Notes: generated from the sequence alone by a model not told the origin. Positions 27,850 to 36,820 are shown, counted from the stretch's first letter. The stretch is DNA of 64,000 bases from an uncultured Bacillota bacterium (GCA_949292985.1 CASFBF010000010.1:13485-77484); one strand, 5' to 3'. Translations and numbers: made by a program.

Positions 27850-29832
27850 TCAATTTTTCGCTAATTCGACATTAAATGTGATGCGACCACTTGCGTAAAT
27901 TGGACTATTTGATTCAAAATTTAAACTTAACTGAGTTTGATAGAAATCTTCAGGAACAGTGTCGTCTAAATTAAACGAAAAACCTGTTTCGGATGGGGTA
28001 TAAGTTCCCAAACCTTCACTAAGCATGAAGGTAAAGCACTCTCTAAAAGTTTTACCAGGAGTTAACACAACCGCTTCATCAGTAGTGCTTGGTCCTGCTG
28101 TTAATCTATAAATATAACTCGCACCGTCTATATCGTTAAACACATAATTTGGATCAACTGAATCGCCAGTAAGTTTGAAAAATACTCGACCAATAGTGTT
28201 AGTTGATGAATTGCCATTCGTGCCGTCAGCTAAACAAAATTCAGTTACAATTACTTTAATATAAGTTTTCCCTTCAATTTCAACTAACTCTGCACTATCA
28301 CCCTTAAAGAAAGGCTCACCTTGACCGCCAGCACCTCCTGACAAATTGCTTTCTTTGTTTACAATTTCAACTTTCAAATTGGTAACTTTGTTATCAGTTT
28401 GAACTGGCAAATATGCCACTCCATCTTCCGTTATAGTTGCAGACTCTACAGAAATATTGTGAGATAATCGTGCAGGGGTAATTTCTTTTGTAATCTCTAT
28501 GTCATTTATAGTAGTAGAACCATCATCCATTTTCCACACAAAATTAGTTTTATCTTTCAATTCTAATTTATATTTATGTTGTCCCACTTGATTTGCCACA
28601 GTTCCTTTCACATCACCATTTCCAGAAACAGTAAATTCTTGCCAATTTGAACCATTCCATTTATAGAAATTTATATACTCACTAGGATAAAACATACTGT
28701 TTATATTTAAGAAAATAGTAAAATCGAATGTGTCCCCGTTGCCTTCCCAATATTCATAACTATTAGTAGTTTGTGTAAAAGCGATCTTTCCTTGTTCAAT
28801 TTCAATTGCCACACTGCCATAAGCAACAGTTTCATAATTGTTATCATCAGGTACAAAAACAACTGGGAATTTTCTACCCTTTGCATCAAAATTTATTGTT
28901 TGATTTAAAAATGCGCTAGACCATTGAAATTCACCCGGTATTTCATAACCATATTTATTTTGATATTTTACTGGATTACTAAAATCGTTCACAATTGAAA
29001 TATCGCTTAATTTTATATTACCAACTGTCACATCATCATTTAAATCATCATAAGAAAATTTTGCAGTAAGACTTCCTTCGTTAGGATTTTCTACTTTGGT
29101 AATGTTTGCAGGTTTAACAGTGAAAGGAACGGGAATAGTATACTGATCTTCATAATTCTCAGAAATAACTTTTGTATATAAATAGTATCGTCCAACACTG
29201 CCATAAAACCCTATTGCATAGTTATCGTTGTTTTCTAAATAAATTTGTTTTTCATCTTTTGATGATAACTGTTGGTATTCGGCATATTGTTCTTCATTTA
29301 GATATTTAGTATTTTCCTCATCTATCTGTATATTAGATACCAAAACTTCAATTGTTGGCGCTCCTTCACCATACTCGACTAAACTAGGATCTAATCTCGC
29401 ATAGTAATCACCTTTATATTCGGTTTTTGCAACAGTAAAATAAACAAAAACTTCAAACGAATTTGAGTCATTGTAAGTATATTTTATTTCATAATAGCCC
29501 ACTTTAAGATTTTCTAAATTATCAATTGTTTCACTTTCAGCCCCATCGCCATAATAAGTATAGGCAACTGTTAATTTGCTGTCATTTTCTTGAACATTTT
29601 TTGTCGTGTTATTACTATAACTTAAAACAAGATTGAAATCATCAAGCACTGGACTTTCTCCATATTGGATGCTTCCTTTATCCCATGAATTTTCATGATT
29701 TATACCCGTGTCTTTTTCTATAATATCCATAGAAATAACAGACGGAGTTTCTTCACCACATCCAGTAAACAAAATCACCCCAGGAACAATCAGCGCTAAA
29801 GCGAACAAACCAACAAAAAACTTTTTCTTCAT
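27850..29832 (-). CDS. Hypothetical lipoprotein (660 aa)
   Basis: Signal peptide with a lipobox (…GVILFTG|CGEE) and GGGGG-type SD. The body is beta-rich and repetitive, with no recognisable catalytic motif. Confidence 0.6.
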   Translation of the reverse strand: MKKKFFVGLFALALIVPGVILFTGCGEETPSVISMDIIEKDTGINHENSWDKGSIQYGESPVLDDFNLVLSYSNNTTKNVQENDSKLTVAYTYYGDGAESETIDNLENLKVGYYEIKYTYNDSNSFEVFVYFTVAKTEYKGDYYARLDPSLVEYGEGAPTIEVLVSNIQIDEENTKYLNEEQYAEYQQLSSKDEKQIYLENNDNYAIGFYGSVGRYYLYTKVISENYEDQYTIPVPFTVKPANITKVENPNEGSLTAKFSYDDLNDDVTVGNIKLSDISIVNDFSNPVKYQNKYGYEIPGEFQWSSAFLNQTINFDAKGRKFPVVFVPDDNNYETVAYGSVAIEIEQGKIAFTQTTNSYEYWEGNGDTFDFTIFLNINSMFYPSEYINFYKWNGSNWQEFTVSGNGDVKGTVANQVGQHKYKLELKDKTNFVWKMDDGSTTINDIEITKEITPARLSHNISVESATITEDGVAYLPVQTDNKVTNLKVEIVNKESNLSGGAGGQGEPFFKGDSAELVEIEGKTYIKVIVTEFCLADGTNGNSSTNTIGRVFFKLTGDSVDPNYVFNDIDGASYIYRLTAGPSTTDEAVVLTPGKTFRECFTFMLSEGLGTYTPSETGFSFNLDDTVPEDFYQTQLSLNFESNSPIYASGRITFNVELAKN

Positions 29833-29981
29833 ATCTCCCCCTTTGTTAAAATATATGAATCAAAAACATTAGTTTAACTAATCTCATCAATTTTAGTATA
29901 CTAAATTTTTTAAATTTTACCAAATCTTTTATTAAATAAATTTAATTTAATTACAAAATAAAGAAAAACTGCAATAAAAGA

Positions 29982-30010
29982 TTGACATAATTTTAAATTA
30001 TTGTTATTAT
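29982..30010 (+). promoter_or_regulatory. Sigma-70 promoter for tRNA-Thr
   Basis: TTGACA (29982..29987), 17 nt, TATTAT (30005..30010), 28 nt upstream of the tRNA 5' end. Confidence 0.5.
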
Positions 30011-30038
30011 TAAACCGCGTTACACGACTTAATAATAT

Positions 30039-30114
30039 GCTGCTGTGGCTCAGCCGGTAGAGCGTCGCCTTGGTAAGGCGGAGGTCACGGGTCCGATTCC
30101 CGTCAGCAGCTCCA
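30039..30114 (+). tRNA. tRNA-Thr (anticodon GGT), CCA encoded
   Basis: Manual cloverleaf: acceptor GCTGCTG/CAGCAGC, D stem GCTC/GAGC, anticodon stem TCGCC/GGCGG with loop TTGGTAA, T stem ACGGG/CCCGT, then discriminator T and CCA. The T-loop reads TCCGATT, with C at position 55. Confidence 0.9.
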
Positions 30115-30126
30115 GAAAAAAATATT

Positions 30127-30147
30127 AGCCCAGGCGGGCTTTTTTTT
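30127..30147 (+). terminator. Rho-independent terminator after tRNA-Thr
   Basis: AGCCC-AGGC-GGGCT followed by T8. Confidence 0.7.
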
Positions 30148-30289
30148 GTAAGAGACTGCCTTCCCAGGGCGAGCTTCTTTTTTCAAAATCATTCATAAAG
30201 TAGTCTCCATAAACTTTCTATCATTTCAAAATATCAAGAACCTCCTTAAGTGTCTAACTTTTGGGGTACACCCCAATAATAAAGACTTA

Positions 30290-30832
30290 TTATATATATT
30301 TTAAGAGTTCTTCAAATTTTTCACCATAACCACTATCGGCATTAAAATGTCCACCACCATCTATTATTATCGATTTTTCTGCGACGCATCTGGAAAACAT
30401 ATCTAATAGATAAAACGGCACATATGGGTCGTTTTTACTATAAAAACAAATTGTGTGTTTGCAATAATCTTTGAAATTGTCTATATTATCCATAAGAAAG
30501 GTTTTATTAACATAATCATAGTCTGGAATATTTATATATCCATTAAACCCACTTATACTAATAAGTTTATCAATTCTTAAATTGTTGTTTGTTAAATATT
30601 TTATGATAAAAATTGGTGCGATGCTTCTACCAATAAAAGTTGTTTGTTCATTTATTTTATCTTTGTATTTGTCTAAAACGTTTGCCCAACTAGAATATGT
30701 TTGGCAATCTTTCCCAATAGGAAAGTCTAAAGCAAAGACTTGTCCCTTTTTACTTAATTGCTCTTTTAACCATGGCAAAAAATGCTCATTACTATTTCCA
30801 AAACTCCCATGGACTATAAAAAATGTTCTCAT
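30290..30832 (-). CDS. Alpha/beta-fold serine hydrolase (YdeN/RBBP9-like)
   Basis: 180 aa with N-terminal FIVHGSFGNS, the nucleophile-elbow variant FIGRSIA and C-terminal GGGHF. GGAGA SD. Confidence 0.6.
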   Translation of the reverse strand: MRTFFIVHGSFGNSNEHFLPWLKEQLSKKGQVFALDFPIGKDCQTYSSWANVLDKYKDKINEQTTFIGRSIAPIFIIKYLTNNNLRIDKLISISGFNGYINIPDYDYVNKTFLMDNIDNFKDYCKHTICFYSKNDPYVPFYLLDMFSRCVAEKSIIIDGGGHFNADSGYGEKFEELLKYI

Positions 30833-30852
30833 ATTCTCTCCTTAATAATTTT

Positions 30853-31005
30853 TTATATAATTATCTCATCAAGTTTATTAAACACAGGTTTGTAAGCTTC
30901 CCATTTAAAAACAACTTTGTCATCCTTTGCTTTAACAACAACTTCGTTTGTAATTAACTTACTCGCACGAATAACTAAACCTTTTAAAAATTCAATTTCT
31001 GTCAT
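30853..31005 (-). CDS. Possible 50-aa ORF (not in track)
   Basis: My own translation gives MTEIEFLKGLVIRASKLITNEVVVKAKDDKVVFKWEAYKPVFNKLDEIII. GGAG lies 6 nt upstream. It fills the gap between two same-strand genes. There is no homology evidence. Confidence 0.25.
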   Translation of the reverse strand: MTEIEFLKGLVIRASKLITNEVVVKAKDDKVVFKWEAYKPVFNKLDEIII

Positions 31006-31015
31006 ACTAAACTCC

Positions 31016-31951
31016 CTAAATTATATCTCTTAAAATTTCTGTCACATATTTCATTTCTTTCTCACTTGAAAGAATGGATATGAGAAGATTTTTATCAAAA
31101 TTTATAATCATGTATTGTCCATTTGTTCCATCTTTGAAAAAATATCCGTCACGAGATATGTGCATTATATAACCAACACCGGTTTTAGGCAAAACTCTTT
31201 CTGGTTTTATGGCATAAGGTGTAATTATTTGTGCAGAACACATTTCTTCAATAAATTTTTTAGAGATAATTTGCTTGCCATTAAAGTATCCTTTGTGAAG
31301 AATGAGTTCACCAATCTTAAATAAATCATTATGCGAAATATAAAGACCAGTTCCGCCCGGGCAATATTTATCATAATTTTTCCATATAAAGTTTTTTATA
31401 CCAAGCGGATTAAATATTTCTTTTGATATAAATTCCGTTATGTTTATTCCGAATGCCTCTTGAAAATAAATTGAAAGCAAAAATATTTCTGCATTATTAT
31501 AAACATATTTCTCGTTTGGGTTATTTGGTAAATCATAATTCAAAACATAATCTATAAATGTTTTTTCATCTCTTCCTTTGATAAATTTTTCACTAAACAT
31601 CTGATTTGCATATCCTGCAGAATAAGTGAGAAGTGTTTTAATCTGCCACTTTTTTATTTTCTCAACATTTTCTTTTTTTATTGTTGTGAGATTTTTGAGA
31701 ATAGGATAAACATAAGTTTCTGTTGTGATTGGTTGGTCTTTATCAACCATTTTTCTATCAATAGCAATTCCGTAAGCCAATGCAATCATAACTTTACTAA
31801 TACTTCTCATTTCGTGCAAACTATCTGGATTATAAAAATAAGATGACAAAAGCCCATTATCATCAATCATAATGCTATCAATTTTTACATTTTCACAAGT
31901 CGATGTAAAAATTTTTTCTTTTTGTTCCTTAATTCTTTCTATTAATTCCAT
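31016..31951 (-). CDS. Serine hydrolase of the beta-lactamase/PBP4* family
   Basis: 311 aa with the SxxK active-site motif (MRSISKVM). Size and pattern fit class C-like beta-lactamase-fold esterases or peptidases. Confidence 0.65.
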   Translation of the reverse strand: MELIERIKEQKEKIFTSTCENVKIDSIMIDDNGLLSSYFYNPDSLHEMRSISKVMIALAYGIAIDRKMVDKDQPITTETYVYPILKNLTTIKKENVEKIKKWQIKTLLTYSAGYANQMFSEKFIKGRDEKTFIDYVLNYDLPNNPNEKYVYNNAEIFLLSIYFQEAFGINITEFISKEIFNPLGIKNFIWKNYDKYCPGGTGLYISHNDLFKIGELILHKGYFNGKQIISKKFIEEMCSAQIITPYAIKPERVLPKTGVGYIMHISRDGYFFKDGTNGQYMIINFDKNLLISILSSEKEMKYVTEILRDII

Positions 31952-31957
31952 AAATTT

Positions 31958-31966
31958 ATTATATCA
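31958..31966 (-). promoter_or_regulatory. Extended -10 promoter element positioned for a leaderless transcript
   Basis: Minus-strand TGaTATAAT, then 6 nt (AAATTT), then ATG 31951. No SD, and the -35 is weak. Confidence 0.35.
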
Positions 31967-32030
31967 TGAATCTTGCTAGTTTGTATCGTTTTTATAAAAC
32001 TTTCTTTAAAAGTTTAATTTAGTCTTACAA

Positions 32031-32092
32031 AGTTTTAGGCAGTTTTAAAACACATGATTTTATTAAAAATCTAGGCGTAGGTGTATGTAGGT
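32031..32092. repeat. 62-nt direct repeat, copy 1
   Basis: AGTTTTAGGCAGTTTTAAAACACATGATTTTATTAAAAATCTAGGCGTAGGTGTATGTAGGT. It matches 32900..32961 at 58 of 62 positions. Confidence 0.8.
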
Positions 32093-32232
32093 AAACAATT
32101 ATTGAATTTTTTTGATCTCTAAAATAAACCATAATCCATCACATAGTCTGGAATTTTTGTTAAACAATAAGAAAAATGAATTACAAAATTTATCTAACTT
32201 TTGAAGTAACTTAGTTCCAAATAAGATTAGTT

Positions 32233-32703
32233 TTATTCAAATAATTGTATTTCTTTATATACACTTTCAACTTCGCCTTCGTCCCCCTCTATCGCAACAA
32301 CCTGCATTTTAGGTGATCTATAATCATCGATTTCAAATTTTACTCCACCTTTTTTATAAATATATCTTTTTCTAAAATTGTTTGCCGCCTCATAAAATTC
32401 TAAAACATTCAATATAGAATTAATAATTTCTAAATTATCTTTTGTTACAACCATAGGTAAACTTTCGTTTGATATATTTAAAGACTTATTTTTTTCTCCA
32501 ATATTTTTACAATCAAACAATATTTCCTTTTCTCCATTTTTTTCTTCTGTTGTGACCCTTGCAATTATATGGTTACTATTTCTGTTTTCATATACTATTC
32601 TGTTCTGTGTTACGATACAGACCTCTTCATAACCATTTTTTTTACAATAATTTATATAAGGCTCTATTGATCTTACTTTAAAACTATATTCATATTCTTT
32701 CAT
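32233..32703 (-). CDS. CYTH-like domain protein (class IV adenylyl cyclase / triphosphatase fold)
   Basis: 156 aa with the N-terminal acidic/basic pattern KEYEYSFKV and C-terminal VKFEIDDY…VVAIEGDEGE, which resembles the CYTH signature. GGAGG SD. Confidence 0.45.
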   Translation of the reverse strand: MKEYEYSFKVRSIEPYINYCKKNGYEEVCIVTQNRIVYENRNSNHIIARVTTEEKNGEKEILFDCKNIGEKNKSLNISNESLPMVVTKDNLEIINSILNVLEFYEAANNFRKRYIYKKGGVKFEIDDYRSPKMQVVAIEGDEGEVESVYKEIQLFE

Positions 32704-32899
32704 AAACTTTCCTCCTATTGAATTAATATAACATATTTTAATCTTTCAACAAATTATATTAATATATTTTAGATGAAAACTTAATTAATTTTTTTAATTT
32801 ATAAAAACCAAAGTGTTTTTCAATCTTTTTTTTGTTCGCATATTTAAATTTTTCTATTAAACAAGATAGCTTACTAACAAAAATTAAACTAATTTAGAT

Positions 32900-32961
32900 A
32901 GTTTTAGGCAGTTTTAAAGCACTTAATTTTATTAAAAATATAGGCGTAGGTGTATGTAGGT
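32900..32961. repeat. 62-nt direct repeat, copy 2
   Basis: AGTTTTAGGCAGTTTTAAAGCACTTAATTTTATTAAAAATATAGGCGTAGGTGTATGTAGGT, lying 112 nt left of the tRNA fragment. Confidence 0.8.
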
Positions 32962-33073
32962 GCACAAGTTTTAATAATTTTTGCACCTATTATAAAAATT
33001 ACTAGCGTTTCTGCTAGTATTTATAAGGGTTTTATTAACATAGAGCACAAGATTTGGTAAAAATATTTTTAAA

Positions 33074-33118
33074 TTGGTAAGGCGGAGGTCACGGGTCCGA
33101 TTCCCGTCAGCAGCTCCA
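33074..33118 (+). repeat. tRNA-Thr 3' fragment (anticodon loop to CCA); att-like repeat
   Basis: TTGGTAAGGCGGAGGTCACGGGTCCGATTCCCGTCAGCAGCTCCA is identical to 30070..30114. The 5' half of the tRNA is absent here. Confidence 0.85.
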
Positions 33119-33126
33119 AATTAAAT

Positions 33127-33167
33127 ATCGCTAAATCCTTTTTTTACGTGGCTTTTAGCGATTTTTT
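33127..33167 (+). terminator. Hairpin + T-run downstream of the tRNA fragment
   Basis: ATCGCTAAA (33127..33135) pairs with TTTAGCGAT (33154..33162), followed by T5. The loop is large at 18 nt. Confidence 0.4.
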
Positions 33168-33323
33168 AAATTTCTACTACAAAAACACAAAATTATATCT
33201 GTAATTAAGCATAGTTTAGATACACATTTTATAATAATACTTAAATTGTGTGAATGTTGGTAAAGTTACCCCATTAAAACAAATGCACAATAATAATTAG
33301 ATTTTAAGTCTTAGACAATTATT

Positions 33324-33350
33324 AAAAAAAGAGATAAAAATCTCTTTTTT
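33324..33350 (-). terminator. Bidirectional terminator after the ABC operon
   Basis: A-run, AGAGAT-AAAA-ATCTCT, T-run, 6 nt beyond the permease stop. Confidence 0.65.
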
Positions 33351-33355
33351 GTTTT

Positions 33356-34969
33356 TTACAATGGCAAATCTTTTTTATCAAATCTAAATATTCCAATTAT
33401 AAATGTTACAACTCCTATTGCTAAAAGAACTCCCAATTTCCATAGATAACTTAGCGATCCGCTAAGAATTGAAACAGTATCAAAGAATGTTATTATTGAA
33501 AGGTAGTTAAAGAAATCCATAGCAGAAATTCTCATTGCACTTGGCACAACAGAAGAGCCGAATAAACCTAATATTGTACAAACAAGTGAGAAAATAGTAA
33601 GGCCACCACCTATTCCTAATGAATACTTTGTTCGATTGAAAATAGCCGAACACATAAAGCAAAATCCTGCAATAGCAAACATAGTTAAAAATGCGCCTAA
33701 ATTAAACAACAAAATTTCACCATAATTTATAGCAAAACTATTTCCCCCAACAACCGCAACTGAAACCACACTCACCACAGTTAACAATGCGAACATTGCA
33801 AAAAGTGCACATATCAAATATGTCATTTGAGTAACAGTTACTGCTCGTCTTTTGGTAGGAGTTGAAAGAACATATGCCATTGAACCAGAGTCAACTTGCC
33901 CAGCCAACAACCCATTTGCCGTAATAATTACAAAAACCATTGGCAATAACAAGCCTGCTATTCTGTAAAATATTGAGCCAATAATGAGCCCATACATATC
34001 CATATTCCCTAGTTCAGTTAATGCTTCTGCAACCTTTTCAGGAATTTGATCAGAAATGCTTTGGCAAGCCAAATCTTTTGCTTCTTGCTCTTGTTCAGCA
34101 GTAATTGCTGAATCTGGACTTGCAGTTTTAAATTCGTTTATCCAAAGTTCATACGTCGTTATTGCTGTGTTAGATAATACTTTAACTACAACTGCTTGTT
34201 GTTTTGCTTCTTCATCTCCAAGTTTATCTTTTACAGCATTGTAAGTATTTTCTGCCATAAATAAATTTATATCGTTGCGCGCTGTAACAGTATAATTTTG
34301 TCTGTTATAAACATAAACCTGACTATTTTTTTCTGCGTCTGCTTTATCTTCTTTATACGTACCAATGGCTTTTTGTGCTATTTGTTTTGCACTTTCTGCT
34401 TGGACCAAAGCATCTTCTTCCGATGTACCTTCTTGCTCTAAAGCCGACTGGTAAGCCTGTTGAAACACAACACTATAATAAGTTTCTTCAATTAAATCTA
34501 AACCTGTTAATGAAGCATTAGAATCATGAACTAAAAGCAACTGAATTAAAAACATTTTCATAGTTTCTTTGTCTATTGTTTCAGAAGAAGGTAAACTTGA
34601 TTCCATATTTTCAACAATAGTTGTAGCAACGCTTTGCTTAGTGGCCTGATCAGGATTTTCTATTTTTGCAATTTCTACATCATACATACCTGTTAAAAAT
34701 CCCATCATTGGAGCGTAGGCTTGAACAGAATCATACATATCCATGCTGTCTAAATAAAGTTCATAACTATCAACTGAATCTTCTTTTAAACTAGATTCAC
34801 TATCGGCTTGCACAAAAACATTTTTTAATGAATCTCTGATATCGTTAATTCCGAGATTTCCAAGAACAATAATGACTATGGCAAGCATAATACATGTAGA
34901 AAGAGTAACTGCTAACCATTTAACCCAATGGGCTTTCATAGATTGTTTAAAAAGGGCTTTACTAAACAT
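33356..34969 (-). CDS. ABC transporter permease with a large extracytoplasmic domain
   Basis: 537 aa with an N-terminal TM, a soluble loop of about 300 aa, and about 5 C-terminal TMs. It overlaps the upstream ATPase gene by 8 nt. Confidence 0.6.
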   Translation of the reverse strand: MFSKALFKQSMKAHWVKWLAVTLSTCIMLAIVIIVLGNLGINDIRDSLKNVFVQADSESSLKEDSVDSYELYLDSMDMYDSVQAYAPMMGFLTGMYDVEIAKIENPDQATKQSVATTIVENMESSLPSSETIDKETMKMFLIQLLLVHDSNASLTGLDLIEETYYSVVFQQAYQSALEQEGTSEEDALVQAESAKQIAQKAIGTYKEDKADAEKNSQVYVYNRQNYTVTARNDINLFMAENTYNAVKDKLGDEEAKQQAVVVKVLSNTAITTYELWINEFKTASPDSAITAEQEQEAKDLACQSISDQIPEKVAEALTELGNMDMYGLIIGSIFYRIAGLLLPMVFVIITANGLLAGQVDSGSMAYVLSTPTKRRAVTVTQMTYLICALFAMFALLTVVSVVSVAVVGGNSFAINYGEILLFNLGAFLTMFAIAGFCFMCSAIFNRTKYSLGIGGGLTIFSLVCTILGLFGSSVVPSAMRISAMDFFNYLSIITFFDTVSILSGSLSYLWKLGVLLAIGVVTFIIGIFRFDKKDLPL

Positions 34970-35873
34970 TGTTTTCTCCTTTTTGTTTTTTATCTAAAAT
35001 ATCTTTGAAATATTTTTCAAGATTATATTTAATTTCAGAAATAAATTTAACGCTATAATTTTTCAAAACGGAAAAAAGATTTTTAATGTCTTTATCAAAT
35101 ATCTTTATAGTTACCTGAAAATATTGGGGTTGATCTCTAATAATTTTAAAACCATCACTCTTAAACTTTTTGTAATCGTTTTCATTAGTAAATTCAATTT
35201 TATAAGTTTTGTAAGGCAAACTTTTGATTTTTTTCATATCAGCGATATCAATTATTTTACCATCCATAATCAACGCCACACGATCACAAGTGGTTTCCAG
35301 TTCATCAAACATTTGACTGCTCATCAAAATGGTTTTGCCTTTTGCTTTTTCTTCTTCTATTAGTTCCAAGAACGTTAATCGCATAAGTGGATCTAATCCT
35401 GTTGTTGGTTCATCAAGAATCAAAATATCTTTATCCGCCATAAGCGCAGCAACAACGGCAGTTTTTTGTTTCATACCTTTACTCATTCGTTTTAAATTTG
35501 CAGAAGTATCTAACTGCAATTTTTCGATAAGGTAATTTGCGTAAGACATATCTTGTAGTTTTAAAAGTTCAGCTTGATTTTTCAAAAATTCAGTACCATT
35601 TTTTAAATCAGGAAAAGCAATCTCCCCTGGCACATATTCAACATATTTTTTTATTTCGCACGAATTTTTCCATGAATCTAACCCCAACACTGAACACGAC
35701 CCTTTTTGAGGTTTTGAAAATCCCATAATATGCCTAATTGTTGTTGTTTTGCCACTTCCATTTGTACCAACAAAACCGAATACTTCTCCTTTTTCTACAT
35801 TAAAGGAAATGTCAAAAACTCCTCTATTTTCGCCGTAATCTTTGGTTAACTTTTCTACTTTTATCACTTCCAT
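34962..35873 (-). CDS. ABC transporter ATP-binding protein
   Basis: Walker A GTNGSGKTT, signature MSKGMKQK, Walker B ILILDEPTTGLD. Confidence 0.9.
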   Translation of the reverse strand: MEVIKVEKLTKDYGENRGVFDISFNVEKGEVFGFVGTNGSGKTTTIRHIMGFSKPQKGSCSVLGLDSWKNSCEIKKYVEYVPGEIAFPDLKNGTEFLKNQAELLKLQDMSYANYLIEKLQLDTSANLKRMSKGMKQKTAVVAALMADKDILILDEPTTGLDPLMRLTFLELIEEEKAKGKTILMSSQMFDELETTCDRVALIMDGKIIDIADMKKIKSLPYKTYKIEFTNENDYKKFKSDGFKIIRDQPQYFQVTIKIFDKDIKNLFSVLKNYSVKFISEIKYNLEKYFKDILDKKQKGENNV

Positions 35874-36820
35874 TAAAATGTACCTCCAAAATCCTTGTCT
35901 TCCTTGTAGAAATGCATAAAATAGTCTTCCAGAGTAAATTGTTTTTGTTTGAAAGATTTAATATCGCAATTATTTATTTGTTCAATCAACATATTTACAT
36001 TTTTATCATTAACTGCGACTACAGCAGAAATTGTTTGAGCGTTTATTTGCTTTAAATAAATTTTATTTAAATTGATAGTGTTTTTACGCAATTTTGGCAA
36101 ATTTTCACAAAATTTCGTTAAATCTTTATCTGTTTTAAAAAATATTTCGAAAGTTTTATTTTCATTATGCTTAATTTCATTTGTATGAAAAGTTGAAACA
36201 AGTCTTCCATCTTTGATGATTGTTATTCTATCACAAGTTGCTTCTACCTCATTAAAAACATGTGAAGAGAGCAAAATGGTTTTATTTCTCTTCTTCTCCT
36301 CTTTAATAAAATCAATAAAAACTTGTTGCATAACGGGGTCCAATCCACTTGTTGGCTCATCAAGAATTAACACTTCTGGGTCACTCATAAAAGCAGTAAC
36401 AATCGCTAGTTTTCTTTTGTCGCCCAAACTCATTTTTTTAGTTTCACCAGAAGGGTTTAACTTAAACTTATCCAACAAATAATTAAGCCTATCTTTATTT
36501 TCTATTTTTCTTAATTTAGACATCATTGCTATAAATTCCCAGCCTGTCAGACCTTCAGGTAAAGCAATTTCACCTGGTAGATACCCTACATTTGCTAGAA
36601 TTTTATAGTAATTTTTAAAAGATTCTAAGCCAAACACTTTTGTTTGCCCTGATTTTGGTTTAGAAAAACCCATTATATGTCTTATTGTAGTTGATTTACC
36701 TGCTCCGTTTGGACCGAGAAAGCCGAAAACTTCACCTTGCTTAACAACAAAAGATACATCAAAGACACCTCTACCATGTCCATAATCTTGTGTTAAATTA
36801 TCAACTTCAATCAAATTCAT
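35873..36820 (-). CDS. ABC transporter ATP-binding protein
   Basis: Walker A GPNGAGKST, signature MSLGDKRK, Walker B VLILDEPTSGLD. ATG 36820 with GAGGA SD is preferred over the track start at 36871. Confidence 0.9.
   Translation of the reverse strand: MNLIEVDNLTQDYGHGRGVFDVSFVVKQGEVFGFLGPNGAGKSTTIRHIMGFSKPKSGQTKVFGLESFKNYYKILANVGYLPGEIALPEGLTGWEFIAMMSKLRKIENKDRLNYLLDKFKLNPSGETKKMSLGDKRKLAIVTAFMSDPEVLILDEPTSGLDPVMQQVFIDFIKEEKKRNKTILLSSHVFNEVEATCDRITIIKDGRLVSTFHTNEIKHNENKTFEIFFKTDKDLTKFCENLPKLRKNTINLNKIYLKQINAQTISAVVAVNDKNVNMLIEQINNCDIKSFKQKQFTLEDYFMHFYKEDKDFGGTF

Larger units (their letters stand above)
30070..33118. mobile_element. Integrase-less genomic island remnant inserted at the 3' end of tRNA-Thr
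   Basis: A 45-bp exact direct repeat (30070..30114 = 33074..33118) corresponds to the tRNA 3' portion. About 2.96 kb of very AT-rich DNA lies between the copies, with three to four cargo genes all antisense to the tRNA. No recombinase is present. Confidence 0.5.
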
